The notes below the pieces were generated by a model that searched no databases, was not told the DNA's origin, and saw only the letters and a list, made by a program, of their open reading frames with translations. Source: Isurus oxyrinchus (Eukaryota). From it: a stretch of 64,000 bases of DNA. The stretch lies in contig JANJGN010000136.1 in the NCBI GenBank assembly GCA_026770705.1, positions 620,001 to 684,000 on the forward strand, written 5' to 3'. The stretch's first letter is position 1. Each line of letters starts with the position of its first letter. Both the position numbers and the translations under genes were made by a program. Below are positions 62,841-64,000 of the stretch, one piece after another.

Positions 62841-64000
62841 GCCTGGACTTCATAATGCTTAATAATCCACAGATTGACAAAATTATTGAACAATAGAAAT
62901 TGAGTTGCCCTATGGTCAGTACAGTAATATCGTGAAGAATTCCTTGTGAGTATAGAGTCTCCATTTCTCAATGAGAACATGCGGCCGACAGTGAGACCAA
63001 CGCATGTAATACTCACATCAGATTTCCAGTAAAGTTGCCAATTTCTGCAATCGCCACACTTCCGATTTTATTTATTAATTTTAATTTATTTATTTCAGGT
63101 TTTTTTGTTTGTCAAAGATTCCCCGCCACTTACTGATCTATAATAGGCAGGTTGACTTCCTCCCTTTTTTGAATATAGATGGAACATTTTCAATCTTCCA
63201 GTCCTCTGGCACCAATGGATGACTCTCTCTCTCTCTCTCTTTCTCACCACAGCACTATCGCTACTTCCCCTTCTACCAAGTATTTTCATAATTGCAGTTT
63301 GCGGTTTTATATATACTTGATTGTTTTGATAACAAACGATAATTATTCTCGTTTGGGTGAGTCAGATATATGAGAACACACTCTACAATATGAATACGTT
63401 CAATAATTACTGATTATAATCATGTAGATGAATATTGCTTACAGTATTACAAATGTGATTAATTCTGAGGTCGATATGTGTGGTGGGGGTACAGAAAACA
63501 TTTGTATGGTGGGCTGTTGGTGAGCTCCAGTCCATTGTTTGTGGTCGAAACTGTTTGTTGGAATTTCAGTCTGGCTAGAATTGATTAGATGAGTAGATTA
63601 CAAATGATTGATTCGATTAAGAATCCAATGTTTTGCAAGAGAGAGAAAGAGAGACACGCTATCCAATTGGCATAAGGCCTGTTCTCTATGATCCACTGTT
63701 TGTGGGCATGTTCATGGGAAAGTCGAGGGCGAGGGCATGATGTGACCTCTCAGTGAGAACTGAGTTCACATAATGGAGAGAGGGTCCTACAAGTACTCAC
63801 CAAATTTTCATCTTCATTCCTGCTGTCAGTGCCACCATTGCTCTCAAAGAGAGCAACAATGCTCCTCCTGAAATGCAGCTCTCCATGATTCACAGCTTCA
63901 ATGGGGAGAGGAAAATCACAGGTTACTTTCTCTGGCTACCGGAGGAATCCAAATGCTGCAAATGCAGCAGGCATGAGATGAGGGTGGATGGGGAGGTGAC

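Overview
Eukaryotic, AT-rich, repeat-dense vertebrate DNA. The repeat families and the two-exon GPR139-like receptor suggest a cartilaginous fish (shark); this is an inference. There is one apparently intact protein-coding gene: a minus-strand GPR139-like class A GPCR (exon 1 15446-15515, exon 2 9904-10829, 331 aa). There is also a truncated paralogous GPCR pseudogene (~44.4-45.0 kb) and an intronless histone H3.3-like pseudogene (54869-55270). Mobile elements include a near full-length, decayed Penelope-like retroelement (RT + Cys-rich linker + GIY-YIG, 3.4-7.0 kb) whose terminal repeat carries a minimal hammerhead ribozyme, many short and often inverted copies of that repeat, CR1 and L2 LINE fragments, Gypsy gag/integrase remnants and a hAT-like transposase remnant. 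From ~27.7 kb to the end, the window is a mosaic of nested direct and inverted segmental duplications. These are built around a decayed tRNA cluster (Ile-AAT, Gly-TCC x2, Asp-GTC per unit). A further Val/Glu/Ser pseudo-tRNA triplet sits at 2.4-3.2 kb, and a 46-bp minisatellite has a 3-unit higher-order structure. Everything was read by eye and tRNAs were compared with canonical vertebrate sequences recalled from memory. Repeat boundaries are approximate and no searches were run.
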